Positions 24,228 to 33,830 of a stretch of DNA of 34,535 bases are shown here, piece by piece. Numbering within the stretch: the stretch's first letter is position 1; each line of letters begins with the position of its first letter. Both the position numbers and the translations under genes were made by a program. A model generated the notes under the pieces. The model made no database searches, was not told where the DNA came from, and worked only from the letters and a program-made list of their open reading frames with translations. The stretch spans positions 1-34,535 of the forward strand of contig RFFQ01000135.1 in assembly GCA_003697105.1 (NCBI GenBank), written 5' to 3'. This DNA is from Gemmatimonadota bacterium. Its GTDB lineage: Bacteria > 4572-55 > J002.

Positions 24228-27200
24228 ATGCCGACAGAACGTGAACGCTATTCCTCGTTATTTCAGTTCACAACTACACGTCCGGTCGCCGTATTGATGA
24301 TCACTGTGGCGGCGTTGGTTTTTGGCTGGGTTTCCTACCACCGGCTTTCGATGAATCTTATGCCGGACATTTCCTATCCTAGCTTGACAATCCGCACGGA
24401 GTATTCCGGTGCCGCTCCAGAAGAGGTGGAAACCGTCGTTTCCCGTCCGGTGGAGCAAGCTGTGGGCGTTGTGAGCAATTTGGTGGCGATGAGTTCGATC
24501 TCCAAAGCGGGGGTCTCCGATGTTGTCCTGGAATTCGGCTGGGATACCGACATGAATGACGCCACCCAAGATATCCGCGAGAAGTTGGATCAAGTATTTT
24601 TACCGGATGAAGTTGATCGCCCGTTAATTCTGCGATATGACCCCTCGCTGGACCCCATCTTGCGGCTGAGTTTGTACGGCGATAAAAATATGTTTACGTT
24701 GCGTCAGATTGCCGAGGATGAGATCAAGCGCTCGCTAGAAGGGACTCCGGGCATCGCGGCGGTGAAAGTCAAAGGAGGGTTGGAAGAAGAAATCCGGGTG
24801 GAATTGGATGAGACGAAATTGACCCTCTTGAAGCTCGATATTCAGCAGATCAACAACCGGTTAAGCGGGGAAAATGTCAACCTTGCCAGCGGGCTACTAA
24901 AAGAGGGTGAAACCGAATATCTGGTGCGTACCCTCAACGAGTTTCAATCCATTGATGATATTGGAGACCTAATTGTTGCCGTGCGCAACGATAAGCTGAT
25001 TCGCATCCGGGACATCGGGCGCGTCTATAAAACCAATAAACAACGGGAACTGATCACCCGCACCAACGGTCAGGAAAGTGTCGAGATCGAGATTTACAAA
25101 GAAGCCGATGCGAATATTGTGGCGGTGGCGGATAATGTGCGGGAAATGCTCTTTGGTAAAACGGGGATCGACAAAGCCACCGGTAAAACGGAAGCAGAAC
25201 TCAAGGCAGAAGCGGAAAAAGCAGAAGCACTTGCCACGAAAAAGCGCGGCAGAGGTGGGCAGCGGGGCGCTCCACCGCCCGGAATCGCCAAAAAAGCGGC
25301 ATGGGTTGACCAGCTAGACCCCGGCGTCACGCTGGAAATTGTCGCCGACCAATCCCGTTTTATCAAAAGTGCTATCCAGGAGGTCAAAAATACGGCAATT
25401 ATGGGCGGCATCCTGGCGGTGATTATCTTGTTTGTGTTTTTGCGCCGTCTGTCAAGCACCGTTATTATCGGGGTGGCAATTCCCATCTCAATTATTGTCA
25501 CGTTTGCCCCGATGAACATCTTTGATGTGACCCTCAATATTATGTCGTTGGGTGGGCTGGCATTGGGGGTCGGGATGCTGGTGGATAATTCTATTGTCGT
25601 GCTGGAGAGCATCTTTCGTTGCCGGGAAGAAGGGGATGACATTGTCGCCGCGGCGGTACGTGGCACGTCAGAGGTTGGGGGCGCCGTCTTCGCCTCTACT
25701 TTGACCACGATTTCCGTTTTTTTCCCGATTGTATTCGTCCAAGGCATTGCCGGACAAATTTTTGGGGATATGGCGCTGGTGGTGGTCTTTTCGCTTATGG
25801 CGTCTTTGCTGGTGGCACTCTTTTTAATCCCAATGCTGGCATCCCGAAATCTCGGTGAGGACACTCCCTTTACCCCAGAAGCCGGAGAACAACCCTCGTT
25901 CCGGCAACGCATCCAGTCGGCACCGATTTTCCGGTTTATCTCCACCTTGGATTTTCGCACAGACTTAGACCGGCATGTGTCATTATTTAACATCCCGCTT
26001 CGTTGGCTGCAAACGCTCCTGTTATTGCCGCTGGAGTGGCTCTTTAAGCTCCTGATTCTCTTCTTATCCGCTATTTTGGTACTGCTGAAAGGGAGTATCA
26101 CCTTTCTGCTAGGGCTATTCTATCCGCTTCTTTTCAGATTGCCGTATTACCGCTTGCGAGAGCAGGACGATCATTTTTCGGTTATCGAAGCCTATGCTTT
26201 AGCGGATCAATTTTTTACACTGAAAATCAGCCATGCCGTTCTTCCTAAGCTCCTTTGTTTTGATTCGATTTTGACCTACACGTTGCGGATGCGTCACTTT
26301 TTTAAGAGTTTTGCAGGGCGCCGTTTGGGATGGCAGGTTTTGCAAGGGCTGTTTACTCCGTTCGCCCTGATCTATTTTACCCTTCAATTTGGGTTGTTGC
26401 ATCTGTTTCAGATCGGAGTGAAACTGATTCAATTGATCGGCGTAGGGGTTGGGGTCATACTAATGGGGGCTTTTTGGTTGGTATTACTGGTACTTATGCC
26501 GGTGATGGGTATCATTTTAGGACTGTTTTTACTGATTTTTGGTGCCATCGAGCGAGCCTATCCGCGGTTGCTCAAATGGTCACTTCACCATTCCTTCACC
26601 GTACTCATGTTAGCGGTGCTCCTGCTGGCAGTTTGCTGGTTTTATTATCTGCCCCAAATTGGCTCGGAGCTGATTCCCCAAGTACATCAAGGTGAATTCA
26701 CGGTGGAGATCGAACTCCCCGTTGGGTCTCCACTGGAACAAACAGACCGCAAAATTCAGCCAGTTGAGGCGCGCCTGAACCAGATCGAAACCGTGCAGAG
26801 CATTATTACCACTATCGGTGCAGAACGGAGTACCGATGCGGACTCCGATAAAGGGGAACATACGGCGGAATTACTGGTGCGGCTTAAACCCAGTTTAAAT
26901 GTCGCTCAAACCGAAACCGCTACAATTCGTCGCATCCGCGAAGAATTGGCTAATTTCGCTGGAATATCGGTCAAAATTACGCCCCCGGAATTATTCAGCT
27001 TTAAAGCCCCGATAGAGGTGGAACTGAAAGGATACAATCTGGATATTCTACGGCGTCTCAGTGATCGCATCGCGGAGAACCTGAGCCAGATCGATGGGTT
27101 GACCGACGTCAAAACGTACCTTCAATCCGGCAATCCAGAAGTGCAGATTGTCTATGATCGCGAACGGTTAGCAGCGTATGATCTGGATATTTACGCGGTG

Positions 27201-28064
27201 GCATCGCTGGTCAAAAACAAAGTTCAGGGTGATGTACCAACGCGCTACCGTGACGAAGAAGAACGGATCGATATTTTGGTGCGAGCCGTGGATGCCGAAA
27301 CGGCTACGCTCGAACAACTCAGGCGGATCATCATCAATCCGGGCGCGGAAGTGCCTCTGCCGTTGGAAGCCGTCGCCACAGTGCTTATCCGGGAAGGTCC
27401 CAGCGAAATCCGGCGAGTAAGCCAGCAACGCACCGCGCTGTTGACGGCAAATGTCAACGGGATTTCGCTCAGTGATGCGACCCAACGGATCGAACACGCG
27501 CTTGCCCGTGTGGAAATGCCGCGCAATTTTACCTATGAAATCACCGGGCAACAGCGCGAAATGCAAACCTCCTTGGATAGCTTACTCTTTGCGCTCGCTT
27601 TGGCGATTTTCCTTGTTTACGTGGTGATGGCGTGTCAATTTGAGTCGTTATTGCACCCGTTTGTGATTCTGTTCAGTATGCCACTCGCGGTCATTGGGGT
27701 GATTCTTGCCCTCGCCTGGACGGGTACTTCATTTAGCGTCGTGGTGTTTATTGGGTTCATTGTTCTGGCGGGAATTGTAGTCAACAATGCGATTGTGCTG
27801 GTTGATTATATCAATCGTTTGCGCGGGCGCAACCTAAGCAAAATGGAGGCGATCATTCAAGCCGGTAAGGTTCGCTTGCGTCCCATTTTGATGACGACGG
27901 CGACGACGGTACTCGGTCTCCTGCCGATGGCGTTGGGTTTCGGAGATGGTGCGGAAATCCGCACACCGATGGCACTAACGGTCATTGCCGGGTTACTCAG
28001 CTCAACTCTATTGACCTTGCTGATTATCCCCACCGTTTACGCCGTCTTTGATCGCGGAAAATAA
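24228..28064 (+). CDS. RND efflux transporter permease (AcrB/AcrD/AcrF family) with a large insertion
   Basis: RPVAVLM, GAAPEEVE, NIMSLGGLALGVGMLVDNSIVVLE (TM4), QFESLLHPFVI, GIVVNNAIVLVD, RLRPILMTT, GLLPMALG; 1278 aa versus the usual 1030-1050. Confidence 0.95.
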   Translation: MPTERERYSSLFQFTTTRPVAVLMITVAALVFGWVSYHRLSMNLMPDISYPSLTIRTEYSGAAPEEVETVVSRPVEQAVGVVSNLVAMSSISKAGVSDVVLEFGWDTDMNDATQDIREKLDQVFLPDEVDRPLILRYDPSLDPILRLSLYGDKNMFTLRQIAEDEIKRSLEGTPGIAAVKVKGGLEEEIRVELDETKLTLLKLDIQQINNRLSGENVNLASGLLKEGETEYLVRTLNEFQSIDDIGDLIVAVRNDKLIRIRDIGRVYKTNKQRELITRTNGQESVEIEIYKEADANIVAVADNVREMLFGKTGIDKATGKTEAELKAEAEKAEALATKKRGRGGQRGAPPPGIAKKAAWVDQLDPGVTLEIVADQSRFIKSAIQEVKNTAIMGGILAVIILFVFLRRLSSTVIIGVAIPISIIVTFAPMNIFDVTLNIMSLGGLALGVGMLVDNSIVVLESIFRCREEGDDIVAAAVRGTSEVGGAVFASTLTTISVFFPIVFVQGIAGQIFGDMALVVVFSLMASLLVALFLIPMLASRNLGEDTPFTPEAGEQPSFRQRIQSAPIFRFISTLDFRTDLDRHVSLFNIPLRWLQTLLLLPLEWLFKLLILFLSAILVLLKGSITFLLGLFYPLLFRLPYYRLREQDDHFSVIEAYALADQFFTLKISHAVLPKLLCFDSILTYTLRMRHFFKSFAGRRLGWQVLQGLFTPFALIYFTLQFGLLHLFQIGVKLIQLIGVGVGVILMGAFWLVLLVLMPVMGIILGLFLLIFGAIERAYPRLLKWSLHHSFTVLMLAVLLLAVCWFYYLPQIGSELIPQVHQGEFTVEIELPVGSPLEQTDRKIQPVEARLNQIETVQSIITTIGAERSTDADSDKGEHTAELLVRLKPSLNVAQTETATIRRIREELANFAGISVKITPPELFSFKAPIEVELKGYNLDILRRLSDRIAENLSQIDGLTDVKTYLQSGNPEVQIVYDRERLAAYDLDIYAVASLVKNKVQGDVPTRYRDEEERIDILVRAVDAETATLEQLRRIIINPGAEVPLPLEAVATVLIREGPSEIRRVSQQRTALLTANVNGISLSDATQRIEHALARVEMPRNFTYEITGQQREMQTSLDSLLFALALAIFLVYVVMACQFESLLHPFVILFSMPLAVIGVILALAWTGTSFSVVVFIGFIVLAGIVVNNAIVLVDYINRLRGRNLSKMEAIIQAGKVRLRPILMTTATTVLGLLPMALGFGDGAEIRTPMALTVIAGLLSSTLLTLLIIPTVYAVFDRGK

Positions 28065-28100
28065 CGTGAGCAGTTTGCAGGGGGTAGTTTTCAGTGTACA

Positions 28101-28200
28101 AAAACTCCCAAACTCATAAAACTCACGAACTCCCAAACTCATAAAACTCCCAAACTCCCAAACTCCCAAACTCATAAAACTCATAAACTCTCAAACTCAA
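28101..28200. repeat. Short tandem repeat array: 12 copies of an AACTC core in 8-9-bp units
   Basis: Units such as AAACTCCC and AAAACTCAT run up to the birA ATG at 28201; only one G in 100 nt on the plus strand. Confidence 0.9.
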
Positions 28201-28929
28201 ATGGAAATAAAAAAGTATAAATCGGTGACTTCGACCAATGATGTGGCGAAAGAACTCGCCCGAAGTGGTGCCGCAGAATGGACGGTTGTTCTGGCGAACG
28301 AACAAACGGGCGGGCGAGGGCGTAAAAATCGGGTATGGTATTCCCCGCCGGATGTGGGGTTGTGGTTTTCGGTTATCTTGCGACACCGCATTCCGGTGAT
28401 TGATGCCGCTAAAATCGGTCTTGTAACAGCGTTAGGGGTGGCGAATACCCTGCGTAGTGAACTCAGTTTGGCGGCACAGATTAAGTGGCCCAATGATGTG
28501 TTGATCGGACAACGTAAGGTCTCCGGCATTTTGTTGGAATCGATTTCATCAGGGGGCAAATTGGAGGCACTGATTGTTGGGATAGGGATCAATGTCAATC
28601 AGACGGCATTTCCAGAACCTATCGCTCAGACCGCTACCTCCTTGCGTTTGGAGTTGAACCGGATTGTCCCGCGGGACATCCTCTTGCCTCGTTTGCTGGA
28701 AGAATTACAACGCCAATTTGACCGGTTTCGACAGGGTAACTTTCATCATCAGATGCGTGAATGGCGGCGCTTATGCCCCATGCTGGGCAAACCGGTTACC
28801 CTTCATACCACTGGGGGGAATATTACAGGTACTGCCGTCGATGTGGGTGATGAAGGTGCGCTGATTGTGCGCAAACCGGATGGAGTACACCTGCGTTTCT
28901 TTGCCGGTGATGTCAGTATCTCGTTGTGA
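28201..28929 (+). CDS. birA: Biotin-[acetyl-CoA-carboxylase] ligase without N-terminal HTH (class I)
   Basis: STNDVA, EQTGGRGR, WYSP, IKWPNDV, KVSGILLE, VGIGINV; no DNA-binding domain. Confidence 0.95.
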   Translation: MEIKKYKSVTSTNDVAKELARSGAAEWTVVLANEQTGGRGRKNRVWYSPPDVGLWFSVILRHRIPVIDAAKIGLVTALGVANTLRSELSLAAQIKWPNDVLIGQRKVSGILLESISSGGKLEALIVGIGINVNQTAFPEPIAQTATSLRLELNRIVPRDILLPRLLEELQRQFDRFRQGNFHHQMREWRRLCPMLGKPVTLHTTGGNITGTAVDVGDEGALIVRKPDGVHLRFFAGDVSISL

Positions 28930-28939
28930 AAGGCGCAGA

Positions 28940-30187
28940 ATGAGAGAGGAAGGCTTTATTACAACGAACGTGTTCGTTGGAGTGATCCTTTTGATCCTGA
29001 TGGGGGGCCTCGGAAGGGTAACGGCGGATGATTTTGATCGCCAAATTCAGGATCAGACCCGAAAATTAGACCGCATCGCTCAAGAACTCCAAAAAAAACG
29101 AGCCGAACGGAAATCTTTACAACATCAGGAAGCCGGTATTTTGGCGCAACTTCGTGCTAGTGAGGAAGAACTGGAACTCACGGAGACCTATCTGAAAGCA
29201 TTGAATACCCAAGAAGACCAATTGCAGCACCGGATCGAACTCACCACGCGGGAACTCGCCGCCGCAGAATCATTACTTGCCTATCGCCAGCAAATTTTAG
29301 AACGCCGTTTGGTCGAAATTTATAAGTTTGGAAAATATAATCCCCTCGAAGTGCTGTTGACGGCAAATTCCTTCACGGATATGATCGAACGCTATCGTTA
29401 CATGCAACTTATCGCCGCCCAAGACCGGGCGCTGTATAATGAGATTGAGGCACAAAAACAGGTGGTGGCGGCACGAAAAACCGAGTTGGAACACCAACTG
29501 ACCGAACTTCAGCGAACCATTGACCTCAAAGTGGCGGAAAAAGCCACATTGGAGCAAGAACGGGAGCGCCGGAAAGCTCTATTACAGAAGATTCGCACCC
29601 AAAAAAATAGCTACGAGCGCGCCATCCGCGAGTTGGAACAAGCCCAACAAGAAGCGCAAAAGATCATCGACCAACTCATTGCCGAACGAGAACGGCAACG
29701 CGCCGCTGCGGCAAAAGCACACGCTACAGATGATCTTTCCCTCGGCCCAGATTCCAAATTGCCTGAACGCAGTGGAAACCACTATTTTGATAAACAGCGG
29801 GGGAAAATCAACTGGCCCGTGCAAGGTAAGTTGCTCAAAAAATTTGGGCGAGAAAAACACCCTCGCTTTGGCACAGAAACGTTTAATCAGGGTATCCAAA
29901 TTCAGGCGGAAGCCGGTACGCCTATCCGGGTGATTGGGGACGGCGAGGTGATTTATCGCAGTGTTTTACGGGGATATGGCAAATTTTTGATTGTCGATCA
30001 CGGAGAGGGATACTATACTCTTTATGCCCATTGCCAATCCATTGAAGTGGAAATTGGACAAATCGTACACCGGGGAGACCGGATTGCCACCGTAGGCGAA
30101 ACCGGTTCAATAGGGGGTCCCAGCCTCTATTTTGAAATCCGTTCCTTTGGTGAACCCGTTGACCCGTTGTTGTATCTGAAACGTTAA
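28940..30187 (+). CDS. envC: EnvC-like murein hydrolase activator (coiled coil plus degenerate M23/LytM domain)
   Basis: N-terminal hydrophobic signal, long coiled coil, WPVQG..FG, then FNQGIQI and LYAH in place of the HxxxD and HxH zinc motifs, LYFEIR...VDP. Start moved to ATG 28940. Confidence 0.85.
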   Translation: MREEGFITTNVFVGVILLILMGGLGRVTADDFDRQIQDQTRKLDRIAQELQKKRAERKSLQHQEAGILAQLRASEEELELTETYLKALNTQEDQLQHRIELTTRELAAAESLLAYRQQILERRLVEIYKFGKYNPLEVLLTANSFTDMIERYRYMQLIAAQDRALYNEIEAQKQVVAARKTELEHQLTELQRTIDLKVAEKATLEQERERRKALLQKIRTQKNSYERAIRELEQAQQEAQKIIDQLIAERERQRAAAAKAHATDDLSLGPDSKLPERSGNHYFDKQRGKINWPVQGKLLKKFGREKHPRFGTETFNQGIQIQAEAGTPIRVIGDGEVIYRSVLRGYGKFLIVDHGEGYYTLYAHCQSIEVEIGQIVHRGDRIATVGETGSIGGPSLYFEIRSFGEPVDPLLYLKR

Positions 30188-30206
30188 TTTTCGTGGAGAT
30201 TTTACG

Positions 30207-30851
30207 ATGACTATCGATCTTTCTGAATTACGCCGGGTATATTCTGAAAACCCATTGACAAAAGCGGATGTGGACCCAAATCCATTCTGCCAATTTCGCC
30301 GCTGGTTCGGCGAAGCCCTCCAAGCGGATTTTTATGAACCGAATGCGATGGTTCTCTCGACGGTCTCTGCGGAAGGTAAACCGTCTGCCCGGACGGTATT
30401 GTTGAAAGGGTTTGATGAGCGCGGATTCGTTTTTTACACCAATTACCATAGCCGGAAGGGGCGCGAATTAGCCCAAAATCCCTATGTTGCCCTGACCTTT
30501 TATTGGGATGTGTTGGTGCGGGATATTCGGATTGAAGGGAAGGTGGAAAAAGTTCCACCGGAAGTCTCCGATATGTATTTTCAAAGCCGCCCACGAGGGA
30601 GCCAGTTGGGGACATGGGTATCCAATCAGAGTGAAATTATCGAAAGCCGCCAGGTACTCCTCGACCGGTTACAGCAATTGGAGGTACAATACGCAGATGC
30701 TCCGATTCCCCGACCCCCTTATTGGGGCGGTTACCGGGTGTCTCCAACAGCTTTTGAATTTTGGCAAGGCGGCGAAAACCGGCTCCATGACCGGATTTTG
30801 TACACCTTGACGGATGATGGCGTCTGGACAATCGCACGGTTAGCGCCCTAA
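30207..30851 (+). CDS. pdxH: Pyridoxine/pyridoxamine 5'-phosphate oxidase
   Basis: EPNAMVLST, PSARTVLLK, FYTNYHSRKG, YFQSRPRGSQ, WGGYR, EFWQGGENRLHDR, RLAP; GGAG RBS. Confidence 0.97.
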   Translation: MTIDLSELRRVYSENPLTKADVDPNPFCQFRRWFGEALQADFYEPNAMVLSTVSAEGKPSARTVLLKGFDERGFVFYTNYHSRKGRELAQNPYVALTFYWDVLVRDIRIEGKVEKVPPEVSDMYFQSRPRGSQLGTWVSNQSEIIESRQVLLDRLQQLEVQYADAPIPRPPYWGGYRVSPTAFEFWQGGENRLHDRILYTLTDDGVWTIARLAP

Positions 30852-31841
30852 ATGATGGAATGGACACAAACCATGACAAATGAAATTCCGATTTTGATTC
30901 TGGGTAGCGGCATCTCCGGCTTGATTGCCGCCTATTATCTAAGCCAACACGGTGTCGGTGAACCGGTTGTGCTGGATAAAGGAACGGTTGCCGGGGGGCG
31001 GTTGGCTACCTGCCACTTTGCCGGGGGTGTCTTTGATTATGGTGCACCGTTTTTTTCCGCTCGTCATCCCGATTTTAAAGCCGTGGTGCAGGAGTGGTTA
31101 GAACGTGGCATCATCAAACTGTGGTATTCTCATACCGAAAGGGAAATGGAATCACCGCGTTATTGCGGGGTTTCGGGAATGGAGGCTATCCCCAACTATT
31201 TGGCAAGCCATTTTCGGGTGAAACAGCAGATTTCGATCTCCCATATCTATCAAATTGATCAGCACTGGGAATTGGAGGATGAACAGGGTACTTATTACGC
31301 CACTTCCAACTTGATATTGACCCCGCCGGTGTCACAATCGCTTCATTTGCTCAATCGAGGTGGGTTTCGCTTGCTATTGAGCCGGCGGGCACTTTTAGAA
31401 TCCATCCACTACCACCCCTGTTTGGTCGTATTAGCCCGGTTGAGCGAACCCAGCCATTTACCCGCGCCGGGTGTGTTGCTCCGTCCCCACCCTCTCATTG
31501 CGTGGATGGGCGATAATCAGCAAAAAGGCATTTCTACCGTGCCCGCCGTGACCCTTTATGCCACACCGGAATTTAGCGCCCGCTTTTATGATGCCTCCGA
31601 TCGCCACATTGCGGATCAACTCCTGAATGCGGTACGCCCGTTACTCGGTGTGGACGTGGAAGCATGGCATATTAAACGCTGGCGATATAGCTTGCCCCAA
31701 CAGACCTTTCAGGGGCGCTGTTTTGTTGCCTCCGAATCCCCCAAACTGATTCTTGCCGGCGATGCCTTCGGGAGTTCGCGGGTGGAAGGGGCTGTACTCT
31801 CCGGCTTAGCGGCGGCAAAACGAATGCTGGAAAATGTTTGA
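30852..31841 (+). CDS. Renalase-like FAD/NAD(P)-dependent oxidoreductase
   Basis: GSGISG FAD-binding motif, DKG...GGRLAT, FDYGAPFF, WRYS, AGD..GSSRVEGAVLSG. The start may be ATG 30873 instead. Confidence 0.8.
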   Translation: MMEWTQTMTNEIPILILGSGISGLIAAYYLSQHGVGEPVVLDKGTVAGGRLATCHFAGGVFDYGAPFFSARHPDFKAVVQEWLERGIIKLWYSHTEREMESPRYCGVSGMEAIPNYLASHFRVKQQISISHIYQIDQHWELEDEQGTYYATSNLILTPPVSQSLHLLNRGGFRLLLSRRALLESIHYHPCLVVLARLSEPSHLPAPGVLLRPHPLIAWMGDNQQKGISTVPAVTLYATPEFSARFYDASDRHIADQLLNAVRPLLGVDVEAWHIKRWRYSLPQQTFQGRCFVASESPKLILAGDAFGSSRVEGAVLSGLAAAKRMLENV

Positions 31842-31867
31842 TCTTGCCTTTTGAGGTGTGCTATCAT
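31838..31867 (+). promoter_or_regulatory. Possible extended -10 promoter for the lipoprotein gene
   Basis: TTGATC (31838-31843), 18-nt spacer ending TGC, TATCAT (31862-31867). Confidence 0.5.
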
Positions 31868-31918
31868 TGGGGGGTTGATGGTTTATTCTCAATTTACCAC
31901 GAGTCCAGAGGAGGTGTT

Positions 31919-33733
31919 ATGATGTCCATTCGCTATGGGGTTTTGATTTTGCTAATCTCTTTTTTTGTAGTAAGTTGTAGTGATTTGCCGGACAATATCC
32001 CTCCGGAACCATTCCGCTTGCTGACACCCGCCAACTCACAATTGATTTTTCTCAGTCCGGCTCAAACGATCCCGTTTAGCTGGGAAGAAGCCATCGACCC
32101 AGATGGCACCGATCAGGTGACGTACCATTTGATTATTTCTCAAGTGGATTCCACGGGTAACCTCGGACAAGATGTCTTCCGCCGCCGTGGTTTGGTGACA
32201 ACCTACCTCATGATTGACGCTTCTGAACTGGATGCCAGCGTTTGGGCACAAGATAGCACGCAACTGGTTTGGCAAGTAATCGCGACCGATGGGGAGGCGG
32301 AAACACCTTGCGAACAACCCTTTTATCTAACGGTGAGCACGCTCAACCAAGCTCCCCGCCCGTTTGATCTGCTTTCGCCGGCGGATAATTTTCAGTGGGT
32401 GTTTTCAACGGTGGAGGAGGTTATTGAGTTACGGTGGCAGCGGACAACCGACCCCAATGGAGATGATGTCACTTACACCGTGGTGATCGACGATAACCCG
32501 ACATTTGATTCTCCTGAACTGCGGATCGATCATCTGACCGATAACTTGCTGGAATTGACAGGGGCAATGTTCCATTTGACCCTTCTACCACCGGAAACCG
32601 GCGGTGCTTTTTACTGGCGGGTCATGGCGACGGATGGTGAACTGGATGCCACTAGCTCTCAAACATTTATGCTTTCGGTGCAAAATAATATTCCCAATCA
32701 GCCGCCAGCGGCGATTGAACTGCATTCGCCGGTGGAAGGAGCTTTGGTGGAGATTACGTCAACGAGTGGGAGTTTGACTTTCGATTGGTCGGCGGCAACG
32801 GATCCAGAAGGCGAAGCCGTTCAGTATCAGTGGATTTTAGCCAATGACCCCAACTTGACCTCGCGTTTACTAACGGTTGATACCGGAACGGATACCGTCA
32901 TGTCTCTTGCCAATTCGGAGATTGTCAATTTGGTTTTGGTTCAAGGTTCACCGTCGCTATTCGGCTTTTGGGGTGTAATTGCCTCCGATGGAGTTAAAAC
33001 GACGCAAAGTGACGGCTTCGGTATTGAACTGGTGTTAAACATTCCTCCACGACCGTTTGATCTGCTTTCGCCGGTGGATAACAGCCGGCTGTTTATTCAT
33101 CGCCGCTCCGAAAGTTATACCATGACGTGGGCGGCAAGCTCCGATCCGGATGGGGACCTGGTACTCTATCGCTGGTTGCTCGACCAGCCGGGCGGAGATT
33201 TTCAGTTACCGGTTGCCAATCGATCTACCGGAACCGAGACCTCCATCAATTTGGCGGCAAATTTTTGGATCAACTTGTTGGTCGCCCAGCAACAACCGGA
33301 TATGAATTTTGATTGGAATGTTCGCGCTGTCGATGTGGATGATAACATGCGATTGGCGAACGCGCCCTTTAGCGTCCGGGTGACGCTGGATTTGTGGGGG
33401 GATTTCCAGTTGCAATCCCCAGAAAATGAAGTGATTTTAACCGATCCGGGGGCAAGGGTTCTGTTTGATTGGGCAGAATCCACCGATTTTAATGGGGATC
33501 GATCTTATGACCTGCGGTTTTCCTCCGGCGGCTCATGGGATGATTTTCATCCTGCGTTGGCATCCGTTAATGCCGGAACATCCACACAAGTACAACTGAC
33601 CGTGGCAGAACTGGAAACGGCACTGGGTGATAATTTTACCGGTTATTGGACGGTGTATGCGGTTCCAACAGACCAACCGCTGTTGGCATATCGTAGTGCC
33701 GATGTATTCTATATTACCATAGATACACCTTAA
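31919..33733 (+). CDS. Lipoprotein with five tandem beta-sandwich (Ig/FN3/SusE-like) repeats of about 115 aa
   Basis: Strong SD GGAGGTG before ATG 31919/31922; lipobox VVS-C; repeat motif N.PP.PF.L.SP...W....DP.G..V.Y...W.V.A.DG (fifth copy degenerate). Confidence 0.8.
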   Translation: MMSIRYGVLILLISFFVVSCSDLPDNIPPEPFRLLTPANSQLIFLSPAQTIPFSWEEAIDPDGTDQVTYHLIISQVDSTGNLGQDVFRRRGLVTTYLMIDASELDASVWAQDSTQLVWQVIATDGEAETPCEQPFYLTVSTLNQAPRPFDLLSPADNFQWVFSTVEEVIELRWQRTTDPNGDDVTYTVVIDDNPTFDSPELRIDHLTDNLLELTGAMFHLTLLPPETGGAFYWRVMATDGELDATSSQTFMLSVQNNIPNQPPAAIELHSPVEGALVEITSTSGSLTFDWSAATDPEGEAVQYQWILANDPNLTSRLLTVDTGTDTVMSLANSEIVNLVLVQGSPSLFGFWGVIASDGVKTTQSDGFGIELVLNIPPRPFDLLSPVDNSRLFIHRRSESYTMTWAASSDPDGDLVLYRWLLDQPGGDFQLPVANRSTGTETSINLAANFWINLLVAQQQPDMNFDWNVRAVDVDDNMRLANAPFSVRVTLDLWGDFQLQSPENEVILTDPGARVLFDWAESTDFNGDRSYDLRFSSGGSWDDFHPALASVNAGTSTQVQLTVAELETALGDNFTGYWTVYAVPTDQPLLAYRSADVFYITIDTP

Positions 33734-33755
33734 AATATGGGATTTTCATCCAGAA

Positions 33756-33792
33756 AAACGCCCTCAACAAACTAATGATGTTGAGGGCGTTT
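33756..33792. terminator. Bidirectional terminator between convergent genes
   Basis: AAACGCCCTCAACA and TGTTGAGGGCGTTT form a perfect 14-bp stem. Confidence 0.8.
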
Positions 33793-33830
33793 CATTTGGG
33801 ACTTTGGGACGATGATACTATCTTACTAGC

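Noticed and set aside
25094-26101. 335-aa minus-strand ORF
   Set aside because: Antisense to the conserved RND permease, with the composition of a shadow ORF.
28101-28200. CRISPR array, or coding YEFYEFGSLGVWEF repeats on the minus strand
   Set aside because: Units are 8-9 bp with no unique spacers and no cas genes; the minus-strand ORF is antisense to birA and merely runs through the repeat.
29800-30187. Active M23 endopeptidase
   Set aside because: Zinc-ligand motifs are degenerate (NQGIQ, YAH), as expected for an EnvC-type amidase activator.
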